Shown here in pieces: positions 19,725 to 28,016 of a stretch of 64,000 nt of DNA. The notes under the pieces were generated by a model, which saw only the letters and a list, made by a program, of their open reading frames with translations, was not told the DNA's origin and did not search any database. Origin of the DNA: Patescibacteria group bacterium. Its GTDB lineage: Bacteria; Patescibacteriota; Microgenomatia; Levybacterales; UBA12049. The DNA lies in assembly GCA_035946335.1 (NCBI GenBank), contig DASYZL010000006.1, positions 1,772 through 65,771 of the forward strand. Direction: 5' to 3'. The translations under genes and the position numbers were made by a program. How positions within the stretch are numbered: the stretch's first letter is position 1; every line of letters starts with the position of its first letter.

Positions 19725-20774
19725 ATGGGAAACACAAATTTATTTGCTATCTTTCTTACAGGTCTTATTACAGGTGGACTCACCTGCATGGCTGTACAGG
19801 GTGGACTATTAGCAGCTACACTTGCACAATCTGAAGAAGAAAGACTTGAAGACAAGGCAAGAGGAGGGAACGCTCTTCCCATAGTGGCATTTCTTATAGC
19901 CAAACTGATTGCATATACTGCTCTTGGTTTTTTGCTTGGAATGTTAGGATCATTTTTTAACCTTTCCATTCAAACAAGGGTAATTTTAATGGTGGCAGTT
20001 GCTGTCTTTATGGTTGGGACAGCACTCAACATTCTGGAAGTCCATCCAATTTTTCGTTACTTTATTATTCAACCACCACGATTTTTAACAAGACTGGTCA
20101 GAAAACAATCAAAAAGTCAGGCAATGTTTGCTCCAGCGCTTCTTGGTGCATTTACAGTCTTTATTCCTTGTGGCACAACACAAGCAATGATGGCATTAGC
20201 CATTGCATCTGGTAAGCCTATTCTTGGTGCAGCAATTCTTTTTTCGTTTGTTCTTGGTACTTCACCTGTCTTTTTTATCCTTGGATATTTTGCAACAAAG
20301 TTGGGTGATATGTTTCAACAAGGCTTTATGCAACTTGCTGCTTTTGCAATTATTTTACTAGCAATTTTCAATATCAATAGCGCAATTGCATTAAGTGGTA
20401 GTAGTTGGACAATTGGGAGTGTTATAGGTAATGCAGCAACAAGTTTTTGGTGTACGGTGAGTTTTTGTTCACCTTCTTATTATCAAGCACAGCAGGCAGG
20501 CAATCCATTATCTGATGCAACAATTAACATAACTTCTGTTGGATATACGCCGTCTCTTTTTGCGGTCAAAGCAGGAAGCAAAGTGACACTTCACTTGCAA
20601 AATACCAATGGTGCAGGGTGCCAACAAGCATTTAACATACCGAGTCTTGGTATTCAGAAAATTGTCCCTGTTGGTTCATCTGATACGATTAGCTTTACTG
20701 CTCCAAGTCAACCACAGCAATTAGCTTTTGTGTGTAGCATGGGAATGTATAGAGGAGCAATTCAAGTCTTATGA
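19725..20774 (+). CDS. Membrane protein (DsbD_2/TauE-like TM core) with C-terminal cupredoxin-like metal-binding domain
   Basis: N-terminal TM region with TGGLTCMAVQGG. C-terminal ~110 aa soluble domain with a H...C.MGM pattern (TLHLQN...FVCSMGMYRG) suggesting a cupredoxin-type Cu site. 4-nt overlap with the downstream CopZ gene. Confidence 0.45.
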   Translation: MGNTNLFAIFLTGLITGGLTCMAVQGGLLAATLAQSEEERLEDKARGGNALPIVAFLIAKLIAYTALGFLLGMLGSFFNLSIQTRVILMVAVAVFMVGTALNILEVHPIFRYFIIQPPRFLTRLVRKQSKSQAMFAPALLGAFTVFIPCGTTQAMMALAIASGKPILGAAILFSFVLGTSPVFFILGYFATKLGDMFQQGFMQLAAFAIILLAIFNINSAIALSGSSWTIGSVIGNAATSFWCTVSFCSPSYYQAQQAGNPLSDATINITSVGYTPSLFAVKAGSKVTLHLQNTNGAGCQQAFNIPSLGIQKIVPVGSSDTISFTAPSQPQQLAFVCSMGMYRGAIQVL

Positions 20775-20992
20775 CAAAGAAACAAAAATTCAAAATAACT
20801 GGAATGCACTGTACAGCTTGCACTTTGGAAATAGACGATGCGTTAGAGGAATTGGACGGAGTAAAACAGTCAAATACTCATTATGCAAAACAAATAACAG
20901 AAGTGGAATTTGAAGAGGAGAAAGTTTCGCACGTGAAAATTATTGAGGTAATAAAAAAAGTTGGGTATTCAGCATCTGCTTCGACTGAATAA
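20771..20992 (+). CDS. copZ: Heavy-metal-associated (HMA) domain copper chaperone (CopZ-like)
   Basis: 73 aa with GMHCTAC metal-binding motif (GMxCxxC) and a ferredoxin-like size. Confidence 0.75.
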   Translation: MTKKQKFKITGMHCTACTLEIDDALEELDGVKQSNTHYAKQITEVEFEEEKVSHVKIIEVIKKVGYSASASTE

Positions 20993-21026
20993 TTTCCTGA
21001 AGAACGACTAAATTTGATAGGTTTTG

Positions 21027-21437
21027 TTATTTAAAATTTTGCTGGGCATATGTAAAAAACCATAAAATTCTTGGTAGTAATCCTGTATAACCTAAAATTG
21101 CTAGTATGAACAAAATAAACTCCACCAAACCTAACTTTCCCAAGGTTTGAGACCGATGACTGAAATCAATTATGCCTAACAGGAAATAGAGCGCAATACT
21201 TCCAACAGTGCCACAAATAATATGTATCCATATTTGGTGCGCACGATAGGAGAATGATTTTTCGAGCTTACCATTTGGTTTCCATATCAGATCATTAAAC
21301 CAACCATAATATGCTCCTAATAATATTCCTGAAGCAAGAAAAAAATAAATCCCATTTTGTTTTAAGGATATGCCAATAATTACTAAAACAATCGCTGCAA
21401 AACGAGCTATTAATGATTGACAGATTTCATTTTTCAT
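21027..21437 (-). CDS. Small 4-TM membrane protein (third gene of OLD operon)
   Basis: 136 aa with four hydrophobic helices. Starts 2 nt after the OLD-family gene stop. Confidence 0.5.
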   Translation of the reverse strand: MKNEICQSLIARFAAIVLVIIGISLKQNGIYFFLASGILLGAYYGWFNDLIWKPNGKLEKSFSYRAHQIWIHIICGTVGSIALYFLLGIIDFSHRSQTLGKLGLVEFILFILAILGYTGLLPRILWFFTYAQQNFK

Positions 21438-21439
21438 AT

Positions 21440-23500
21440 TTATGCAGTTATGCTATCAAAAATCTTAGTTATCTCATCAATTTTTGCTGTATTAGCTTGA
21501 TCTTTTATCCAATTCTCAAAATCGTTTTTACAAAATGCTATAACAACATCCAATCCTTTTCCAGTAGTACCCAGATATTCTTCAAGTTCTCCTTCTTGGA
21601 GGATATATATTTGTTTTTTATATAAATCAGCAATACTGGTTTGTAATGTTGAATAGGTACTTGCATCAGTTTTTATGAAATTTACTAAGTCCTCTGAAGG
21701 AATATATCTAACAAGCATATAACCTCTCATTTCTTTAAGTTTTTTAAAGCCTTGCTTCGTCGGGTGACTAATATATGAAGATAGAGATGATAGCATATTA
21801 ACTCTGTCTGTCGAACCTTTTTTGCTTAATACATTAACAGCAATATTTGTATAGACACTATTTAAATATGCCTTATTAAATTTGTTTAACTGGCTCCTTG
21901 AAAGTAAATTAAAACTCACAACATTATCCCAATCACCAATAAAATATGTTTTAACCTTATATTTATTTAAAAAGTTTTTCCATAATTCAAAACTACCTTT
22001 TCCAGAAATATATAAAAACTCCAGTTCAGGGTCTTTATTTTTAATTTCTTTGTAGTAATCATAAAATTTCCTATAAAAATACTCATCACTATCTCCTTCA
22101 ATGAGAACAACTTTCTTACTAAAGAATATCTTTATTGAGTTTGTATAGCTTAAAATTCTTACCAATTCTGCTTCATCATTAGTTATTTTTGGATGGATAA
22201 CTTTTGTAAAACCTCGTACTAAACTAAAACGATAAGTATTATTAATGACCTTGGCATTAATAAACATTGGCGAATGAGTGACAATTATAAATTGTATGTC
22301 CAGATCGTCTTTAATCTGATTGATAACATTCAAGAATTTCTCTTGCATCTGGGGATGAAGATGTGTTTCTGGCTCATCAATTATCAGTAAACCTTTTTCA
22401 ATATCATACCCATATAGACAAAAAATAAAATGAATTATTGCTTTCTGTCCAGCACTTAAATCGCTATATTGAACTTCATTTTTCTTTTCATCGATAAATT
22501 TAAAAGAGTAATTTAAGCTTAAAAGATCAAGTTTATTAATATCGAGTTGAATGTTTAAATAACCTAAGAGTAACTTATTTATGTTTTTAACAATTGGTAA
22601 ATTCAGAGTTAATTTTCTTGCTTTCACTTTTCCATATTGGTCATAATATTCATTAAATCTGAAGGCAAGCTCTTTTTTAACATACATAAATGCAACTGGT
22701 TCTTCATTACTACTAGCACGAGTGTTTTCATTTACATCTTTTGTTTTAAGCTCTGCTGTCCTAGTAAATTCTTTTGCATTCACAGGATAGTTCCCGTCAA
22801 ACATATTATATGTCCTGAAGGAACCCATGAGTGCAAATGTCTGCTTCAACTTATTCCATTGCTTATTCTCAAATGTATTACCAATCTGAATTGCTTTTTG
22901 TAAAAATTCGAAATACTCAAAGTACTTTTCAATAAAATTGACGCACTGATTTTGTTGACGATTGACTCGATGAAATGCAGGTTGGTTAATTGGATTAGTA
23001 TCTTCATATTCAAATTCAATATCATTAGTGTTATCAATATCTTGTTTATTGAAATTAGTTTCAAAAGAGAGACCACCTACGTTTGAGTAGTTGGAAAAAA
23101 TAGTATTAAAGTCTGTAGCGTTGTCAAAAATAAATTTGAGATTATTTTTATCATTTTGATTTAAATTTAAGGAAATTTTAATTTTCCTAACTGAGTTGGT
23201 GCTTTTTCTGTTTGGATTCAAATAATTGTAGTTCCTAGGCGCTTCAGTAATTGTTTGACCAAGAGGTACTTGCCCATTCGATCTGTGGTTGAATACGTTA
23301 TCTTCACTGTAAATGGCTTGCCTGTACAATATATTTTTAAATAATTGGTTTAATATCTCTAAAAAATTACTTTTACCAACACCATTAGGACCAATGAGAA
23401 TGTTTAAACCTTTATCAAAATTTATCTTTGGGGAATGGTTAATGTCATCTCTATATTCAAAACTTAAAATATTGGAAATTTGAATATAGTTTATCTTCAT
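21440..23500 (-). CDS. OLD-family nuclease (N-terminal ABC-type ATPase + C-terminal TOPRIM)
   Basis: Walker A GPNGVGKSN; signature-like LSAGQKAI; Walker B LLIIDEPETHLHP; H-loop VTHSP. TOPRIM VVLIEGDSDEY plus DxD FIGDWDN. Very AT-rich and Asn-rich. Confidence 0.8.
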   Translation of the reverse strand: MKINYIQISNILSFEYRDDINHSPKINFDKGLNILIGPNGVGKSNFLEILNQLFKNILYRQAIYSEDNVFNHRSNGQVPLGQTITEAPRNYNYLNPNRKSTNSVRKIKISLNLNQNDKNNLKFIFDNATDFNTIFSNYSNVGGLSFETNFNKQDIDNTNDIEFEYEDTNPINQPAFHRVNRQQNQCVNFIEKYFEYFEFLQKAIQIGNTFENKQWNKLKQTFALMGSFRTYNMFDGNYPVNAKEFTRTAELKTKDVNENTRASSNEEPVAFMYVKKELAFRFNEYYDQYGKVKARKLTLNLPIVKNINKLLLGYLNIQLDINKLDLLSLNYSFKFIDEKKNEVQYSDLSAGQKAIIHFIFCLYGYDIEKGLLIIDEPETHLHPQMQEKFLNVINQIKDDLDIQFIIVTHSPMFINAKVINNTYRFSLVRGFTKVIHPKITNDEAELVRILSYTNSIKIFFSKKVVLIEGDSDEYFYRKFYDYYKEIKNKDPELEFLYISGKGSFELWKNFLNKYKVKTYFIGDWDNVVSFNLLSRSQLNKFNKAYLNSVYTNIAVNVLSKKGSTDRVNMLSSLSSYISHPTKQGFKKLKEMRGYMLVRYIPSEDLVNFIKTDASTYSTLQTSIADLYKKQIYILQEGELEEYLGTTGKGLDVVIAFCKNDFENWIKDQANTAKIDEITKIFDSITA

Positions 23501-23502
23501 AT

Positions 23503-24021
23503 TTATTGTTTTATTACTTCTTTAATATTTCCATCCTTGTCTCTTAAAATAGCAGTCATTGTCTCCTTAAGATTTATATGATCTCTTAAAACGATCGATT
23601 TTGTAATTCTTTTCTCAACAAAAAAAGTAATCAAACTAAAAATCAAAGCCCCAATAGTCGATAATATTGTGACTATGTCTTGGGATATTAACGTGAAATG
23701 CGTTAAATGCATCAAGAGGGACGATATCGACGCAGATGCAGAATTAAAAAGGACCTTCAAGAACGGATATACTGCTACTCCCGCTGATATTGCAGTAAGG
23801 ACGAGCATCACAATTTGCAATCGGTAGTTTGATTGTTCCAATTTTTGGCTTTGTCTATTGGAGCTTTCAATAGTACTATTTAACTTCTTAATTTTCGTTA
23901 GTAGATCATCCAACATGAATATTGTTTCGACCTGTGTTGAAATAACATGCTGATTATGTGGAGTACCAGTCGTTGGGTTTGCTTGCATTTCTCGAAGGCT
24001 TCGCTTTAATTCTTCTTTCAT
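23503..24021 (-). CDS. Small 2-TM membrane protein with N-terminal coiled-coil-like segment (first gene of OLD operon)
   Basis: 172 aa. Polar N-terminal ~75 aa, then two hydrophobic helices. Its stop is 2 nt before the OLD gene start, suggesting translational coupling. Confidence 0.5.
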   Translation of the reverse strand: MKEELKRSLREMQANPTTGTPHNQHVISTQVETIFMLDDLLTKIKKLNSTIESSNRQSQKLEQSNYRLQIVMLVLTAISAGVAVYPFLKVLFNSASASISSLLMHLTHFTLISQDIVTILSTIGALIFSLITFFVEKRITKSIVLRDHINLKETMTAILRDKDGNIKEVIKQ

Positions 24022-24350
24022 ATGATAATTGCTTGCATTATCCCACTTTTAGCTTGCTATCTCAATATACTTACAGGGTTGGACAACAGATATCTTTACT
24101 TACAGACTTGGGAAGTGTCTCTCTAAACTGGCACAAAATTGTGGAATTTAGCCTCGGGACGTGTGCCATATCTCCTGTCGCTTAACTTCCTGAATTCCTT
24201 GAAGCTAATTGTGCGTAATGATTCTTGAAGTTTAGGGACACTATTGAGCGAAAAAACATCAAAAATGGAAACAAACCTGGACAGGCTTCTGCGTATAATA
24301 CACGCTCATTGACTCCGTGGAAATGTCCAGCTATTTATTTTTATTATCGG

Positions 24351-25004
24351 CTACTGAAGATTGAAAGTTGATCTATGTTCTTGCCCACCAGAGAAAGCGC
24401 CTGTTTTTGGGTCTGTTGTTCCACCAACTACACAATCAAGAGTTATTGTTGCTGGTTTTGTCTGGTAGTTATTGAAACGTTGTTGTTCTGCATTAGCAAA
24501 ATTACCCCAGCCAATACTTTCTGTTTGTCCTGCATTTACCACAAACCCATCCGATTGAAAGTTATCTCCTTGTGGATCAGTCTCATTGACTACCGCATTA
24601 CATTGATCCCATTCTGTTGTTTCCTGATTTGTTATGTACAATGCTGTGTTATCAAATGTCACTTTTGCTTTAAGCGGGTAGCGTGTTGCTTGTCCCTTTT
24701 CCAGAGCATCTTGGGATTTCATACAGTCGACCATTTGAGGTGTTCCTAAATACTGCGCACAAGGGTCCGTAGTTGGCGTAGGACTTCCATTTGTTGTACT
24801 TGCTGGTGTTGTTGTATCTGTTGTTGCTGGAGAAGTTGAAAACAAAGACAGCATGAACTTTATTCCAAAGAACACAATAGCAGCTAAAACAACCAACGTA
24901 ACTACTGTCTGAGCAGGTGTTGCCAATTGCTTCCCACATTTTGGACAATTTTTCGCTTTTGGGTCTTTGATTTGAGCTTTACAGTATTTGCACATCCTCA
25001 TCAT
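24351..25004 (-). CDS. Zinc-ribbon / single-TM / extracellular-domain protein
   Basis: N-terminal CKYC...CPKC zinc ribbon, one TM helix, a Thr/Pro-rich linker and a C-terminal ~130-aa domain. Divergent from the XRE regulator. Confidence 0.55.
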   Translation of the reverse strand: MMRMCKYCKAQIKDPKAKNCPKCGKQLATPAQTVVTLVVLAAIVFFGIKFMLSLFSTSPATTDTTTPASTTNGSPTPTTDPCAQYLGTPQMVDCMKSQDALEKGQATRYPLKAKVTFDNTALYITNQETTEWDQCNAVVNETDPQGDNFQSDGFVVNAGQTESIGWGNFANAEQQRFNNYQTKPATITLDCVVGGTTDPKTGAFSGGQEHRSTFNLQ

Positions 25005-25112
25005 AGGTAATGGAATGGTAACACATAGTATCCCTCAAATCAACCATTTTTGAAGCCAAAAGGATACTGACAGTTGGTTTTGATTAAAATAGTAGCTTGC
25101 TAATCTTGAAGA

Positions 25113-25325
25113 ATGATTACGGAAAATGACAAAAGATTGGGAAAAAGAATAAAAAAACTCAGAAACGCAAAAGGATTAACACAAGACCAGCTTGCTGAAA
25201 AGGCAGGAATTAGTATGAAATATGTTCAATTTATCGAGAACGCCCACAGGATACCTGCGCTAAAAACTTTATACAAAATCGCTCGAGTTCTTGGTGTTAA
25301 AGTTGAAGATATCTTCCCCTTTTAA
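25113..25325 (+). CDS. XRE-family helix-turn-helix transcriptional regulator
   Basis: 70 aa. LRNAKGLTQDQLAEKAGISMKYVQFIENAHRIPALKTLYKIARVLGV is a canonical HTH_XRE. Confidence 0.8.
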   Translation: MITENDKRLGKRIKKLRNAKGLTQDQLAEKAGISMKYVQFIENAHRIPALKTLYKIARVLGVKVEDIFPF

Positions 25326-25759
25326 CCACTTCGTTTACAGACTTGGACAGTGATTTGGATTGATATGGTAATCCAATCTTGACAAGACAATAAATTTGTT
25401 TTAATCTTTAATTAGGTCCCTAGTGACCCACATGGTTTGATTTGTCACAATAGTCCTATCCTCAAAAATTAGCGACTCGACTGTGCTAGTACCTACAGAT
25501 TTCTGAAAGGTTTTAGCTTGTCGAGTTTTTTTATGAGCAGCCTTTCAAGGCTGTTTTTTGTAGCAACTGGGGAGACTATTTGTGCAGGTTATCCGTTTAT
25601 GTTCCCTGCTTGGTTCTCCCCAGGCAAGGAAGATAAACGGATTTTTTATGTTATCAAAAGAAGCTGTGCTGGAGTATCAAGAAGAATACAGAAAAATACA
25701 TGGCAAAATCATCTCTTTCGATGAAGCGATGAGGCAAGCAGAAGAATTACTTAAATTAT

Positions 25760-26191
25760 TTGATGCAATTTACAAACCCATTAAAACCGAGTGGGTTAAA
25801 AAAAATAAAAAATATGGAAAGCATAGATAAGTTACTAAAAAACCATAAAGTTAATAACTTAACAGTAAACAGTAATAGTAAAGATATACCTACTGTTAAC
25901 AGTAGTACTGTATACAGTAGTAAAACCTTTGAGGATAAATTGGATGAGTTAATTGAAAGCGAAGATACTACAAAAGAAGGTCTCGCAAAATATATAGCAG
26001 AAAAACTGGATGATACAAAAAGTTTAACTCTGCATATTCTTTTAGTAAAAGAGCATAAGTCCCAAAAATTACTTGAAGCACTTAATTTTACTTTGGACGC
26101 TTGGAGAAATCATAAAATTAGGACATCCAAACCTATCTATTATATTGCAATTTTACGAAGGTGGAAAATGAAAGTAAATTTTCGTACTTGA
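25760..26191 (+). CDS. Hypothetical protein (uncertain; contains the palindrome cluster)
   Basis: 143-aa ORF with low-complexity N/S/T-rich sequence spanning the inverted and direct repeats at 25856-25919. May be non-coding regulatory DNA instead. Confidence 0.25.
   Translation: MMQFTNPLKPSGLKKIKNMESIDKLLKNHKVNNLTVNSNSKDIPTVNSSTVYSSKTFEDKLDELIESEDTTKEGLAKYIAEKLDDTKSLTLHILLVKEHKSQKLLEALNFTLDAWRNHKIRTSKPIYYIAILRRWKMKVNFRT
25891..25919. repeat. Two adjacent perfect 14-bp palindromes TACTGTTAACAGTA and TACTGTATACAGTA, preceded by direct ACAGTA repeats
   Basis: Read directly: 25891-25904 and 25906-25919. AACAGTA occurs twice in tandem at 25861-25874. Lies ~330 bp upstream of the serine recombinase gene. 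Confidence 0.6.
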
Positions 26192-26249
26192 TAGTACTTA
26201 TTGATGATTAATATAATGGTAACTGACAGTAACCACTATGTGTTAAAAT

Positions 26250-28016
26250 ATGGCATTTTTTGATTACAATTTGAAGGAAAAATTACAAGAATATAAATTC
26301 GGTGCGTATTTACGACGTTCTTCGGAAGACAATGAAGATAAGCAAGTACGAAGTATTGAGGGACAACAGCAAGACCTTCAAGAAGTCAGCACAAAACTGC
26401 GTTTATCAAAACTGAAAAAATATGATCCCGAAAGTAAGTCTGCATTCAAAATCGGTAGACCAATTTTTAGTCAAATTATACAAGATATTGAAAATGGAGT
26501 TATTGACGCATTACTTGTTTGGCATGCAAATCGTATTTCACGAAATTATGGTGATGGTGGAAAATTTGTGCAGTTAATGTCTGAGGGAAAATTAAAAATT
26601 GTTTTAACACCTTTTGGAGTTTTTGAAAATACTCCGAGAGACATGGAATATCTCATGAATGAATTTACTCGTGCGACTAGGGACAGTGGAGATAAATCAG
26701 ACGCAGTAAAACGAGGAAACCGTATAAAATTAAAAGCAGGTTATATTCCTAGTGGCAGACTATCAGAGGGCTACGATCATGTTAAAAATGAGCGAGGTGA
26801 ATCAGTAAACGGCACTAATAGTAATTTCACATTACTAAGGAAAACAATTGAGTTGGTGTTAAATGGAACGCATACACCAATGGAGGCATTGGATGTATTA
26901 AATAATGAATGGAAATATCAGACAAGAAAAACTAAAAGATTAGGAGGGAAATCACTCGCAAAAAGCACATTTTATCGTCTGTTATCGAATCCAAAATCGT
27001 ATGGTCTCATTATTAGCGCAGAAGGAGAATTTACCGCTGAGTTTCCCCCACTAATGACAAAAGAAGAATATGAGAAAATACAAATACTTCTTGGTAAGAA
27101 AGCAGGCAGAAGAAGAACTCCAAAAACGTGGGCATATACAGGTGAAATTACTTGCGACAGCTGCAGTGGATTTATAACAATGGAAGATAAATGGCAAGTT
27201 ATTTGTCCTGTTTGTAAAACAAAATTCCATAAATCCTCGGATAGATTTGCTTGTATAAATTGTCATACTCCAATAGAGGAAATGAGGAATCCAAAACTTC
27301 TTCATTATACTTGGTTGCATTGCACACGGCAGAAACTTGCAGATGGAACCAAATGCAGGCAACCGTACCTCGCTGTTGATAATTTCGATGGACAAGTCCA
27401 AAGCCTCATTGAAAAATTTACTATTCCAGAAGGATTTGCCAAATGGGCAATTAAATGGTTAGAAAAACTAAACGATCAAGAAGTACAACAAAGAACAGTA
27501 ATAAATACTAATCTCCAAAAATTTCATAATGATGTTCAAAAACAGATTGACGATCTGTTGGACTTACGATTAAAAGGACTTATCGACGATGCAGAATATC
27601 AAAAGAAGAAAGAAACGCTACTTCTGGAAAAGAAGGAGGTAAACCAAAAATTACAAGTTACTGATAAGCGAGCAGATGAATGGTTAGACCTATGTGAGAA
27701 TACGTTTAATTTCGCTACTTATGCGCATATATGGTTTGCCAAAGGAACGACTAATCAAAAACGTGCAATACTTCATGCACTTGGATCGAACCTAATATTA
27801 AAAGATAAAGTTTTATTGATACAACAAGCTAGACCATTTATGCTACTTGCTGGAACGAAAGAAAAAGTAGGAATTAAATTGCAAACAATCGAACCTAACG
27901 ATCAGCTTGATGTAGTAGCCCAAAAGCTCGGTTCTGAGGCTTCCAGTCTTGACTTGCTGCCGAGCAGGGATTCGAACCCCAATAAACAGATCCAGATTCT
28001 GTTGTCCTACCATTAG
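26250..28016 (+). CDS. Large serine recombinase (resolvase/invertase-type catalytic domain + recombinase domain + zinc ribbon + coiled coil)
   Basis: N-terminal YLRRSSEDNEDKQVRSIEGQQQ (catalytic Ser region). Cys cluster CDSC...CPVC...CINCH (zinc-ribbon recombinase domain). Coiled-coil C-terminal region. The 3' end overlaps the tRNA-Gln on the opposite strand. Confidence 0.85.
   Translation: MAFFDYNLKEKLQEYKFGAYLRRSSEDNEDKQVRSIEGQQQDLQEVSTKLRLSKLKKYDPESKSAFKIGRPIFSQIIQDIENGVIDALLVWHANRISRNYGDGGKFVQLMSEGKLKIVLTPFGVFENTPRDMEYLMNEFTRATRDSGDKSDAVKRGNRIKLKAGYIPSGRLSEGYDHVKNERGESVNGTNSNFTLLRKTIELVLNGTHTPMEALDVLNNEWKYQTRKTKRLGGKSLAKSTFYRLLSNPKSYGLIISAEGEFTAEFPPLMTKEEYEKIQILLGKKAGRRRTPKTWAYTGEITCDSCSGFITMEDKWQVICPVCKTKFHKSSDRFACINCHTPIEEMRNPKLLHYTWLHCTRQKLADGTKCRQPYLAVDNFDGQVQSLIEKFTIPEGFAKWAIKWLEKLNDQEVQQRTVINTNLQKFHNDVQKQIDDLLDLRLKGLIDDAEYQKKKETLLLEKKEVNQKLQVTDKRADEWLDLCENTFNFATYAHIWFAKGTTNQKRAILHALGSNLILKDKVLLIQQARPFMLLAGTKEKVGIKLQTIEPNDQLDVVAQKLGSEASSLDLLPSRDSNPNKQIQILLSYH

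Noticed and set aside
24079-24090. TTGGACAACAGA shares a 10-mer (GGACAACAGA) with the anticodon-arm region of the tRNA-Gln at 28003-28012; considered as an attL/attR core
   Set aside because: The match is in inverted orientation relative to the tRNA (needs direct orientation for att sites) and is only 10 nt, which is compatible with chance.
25582-25830. 82-aa ORF between the XRE gene and the palindrome cluster
   Set aside because: There is no domain, and it overlaps the neighbouring dubious ORF. It is kept only as possible element-specific hypothetical and is not listed as a feature.
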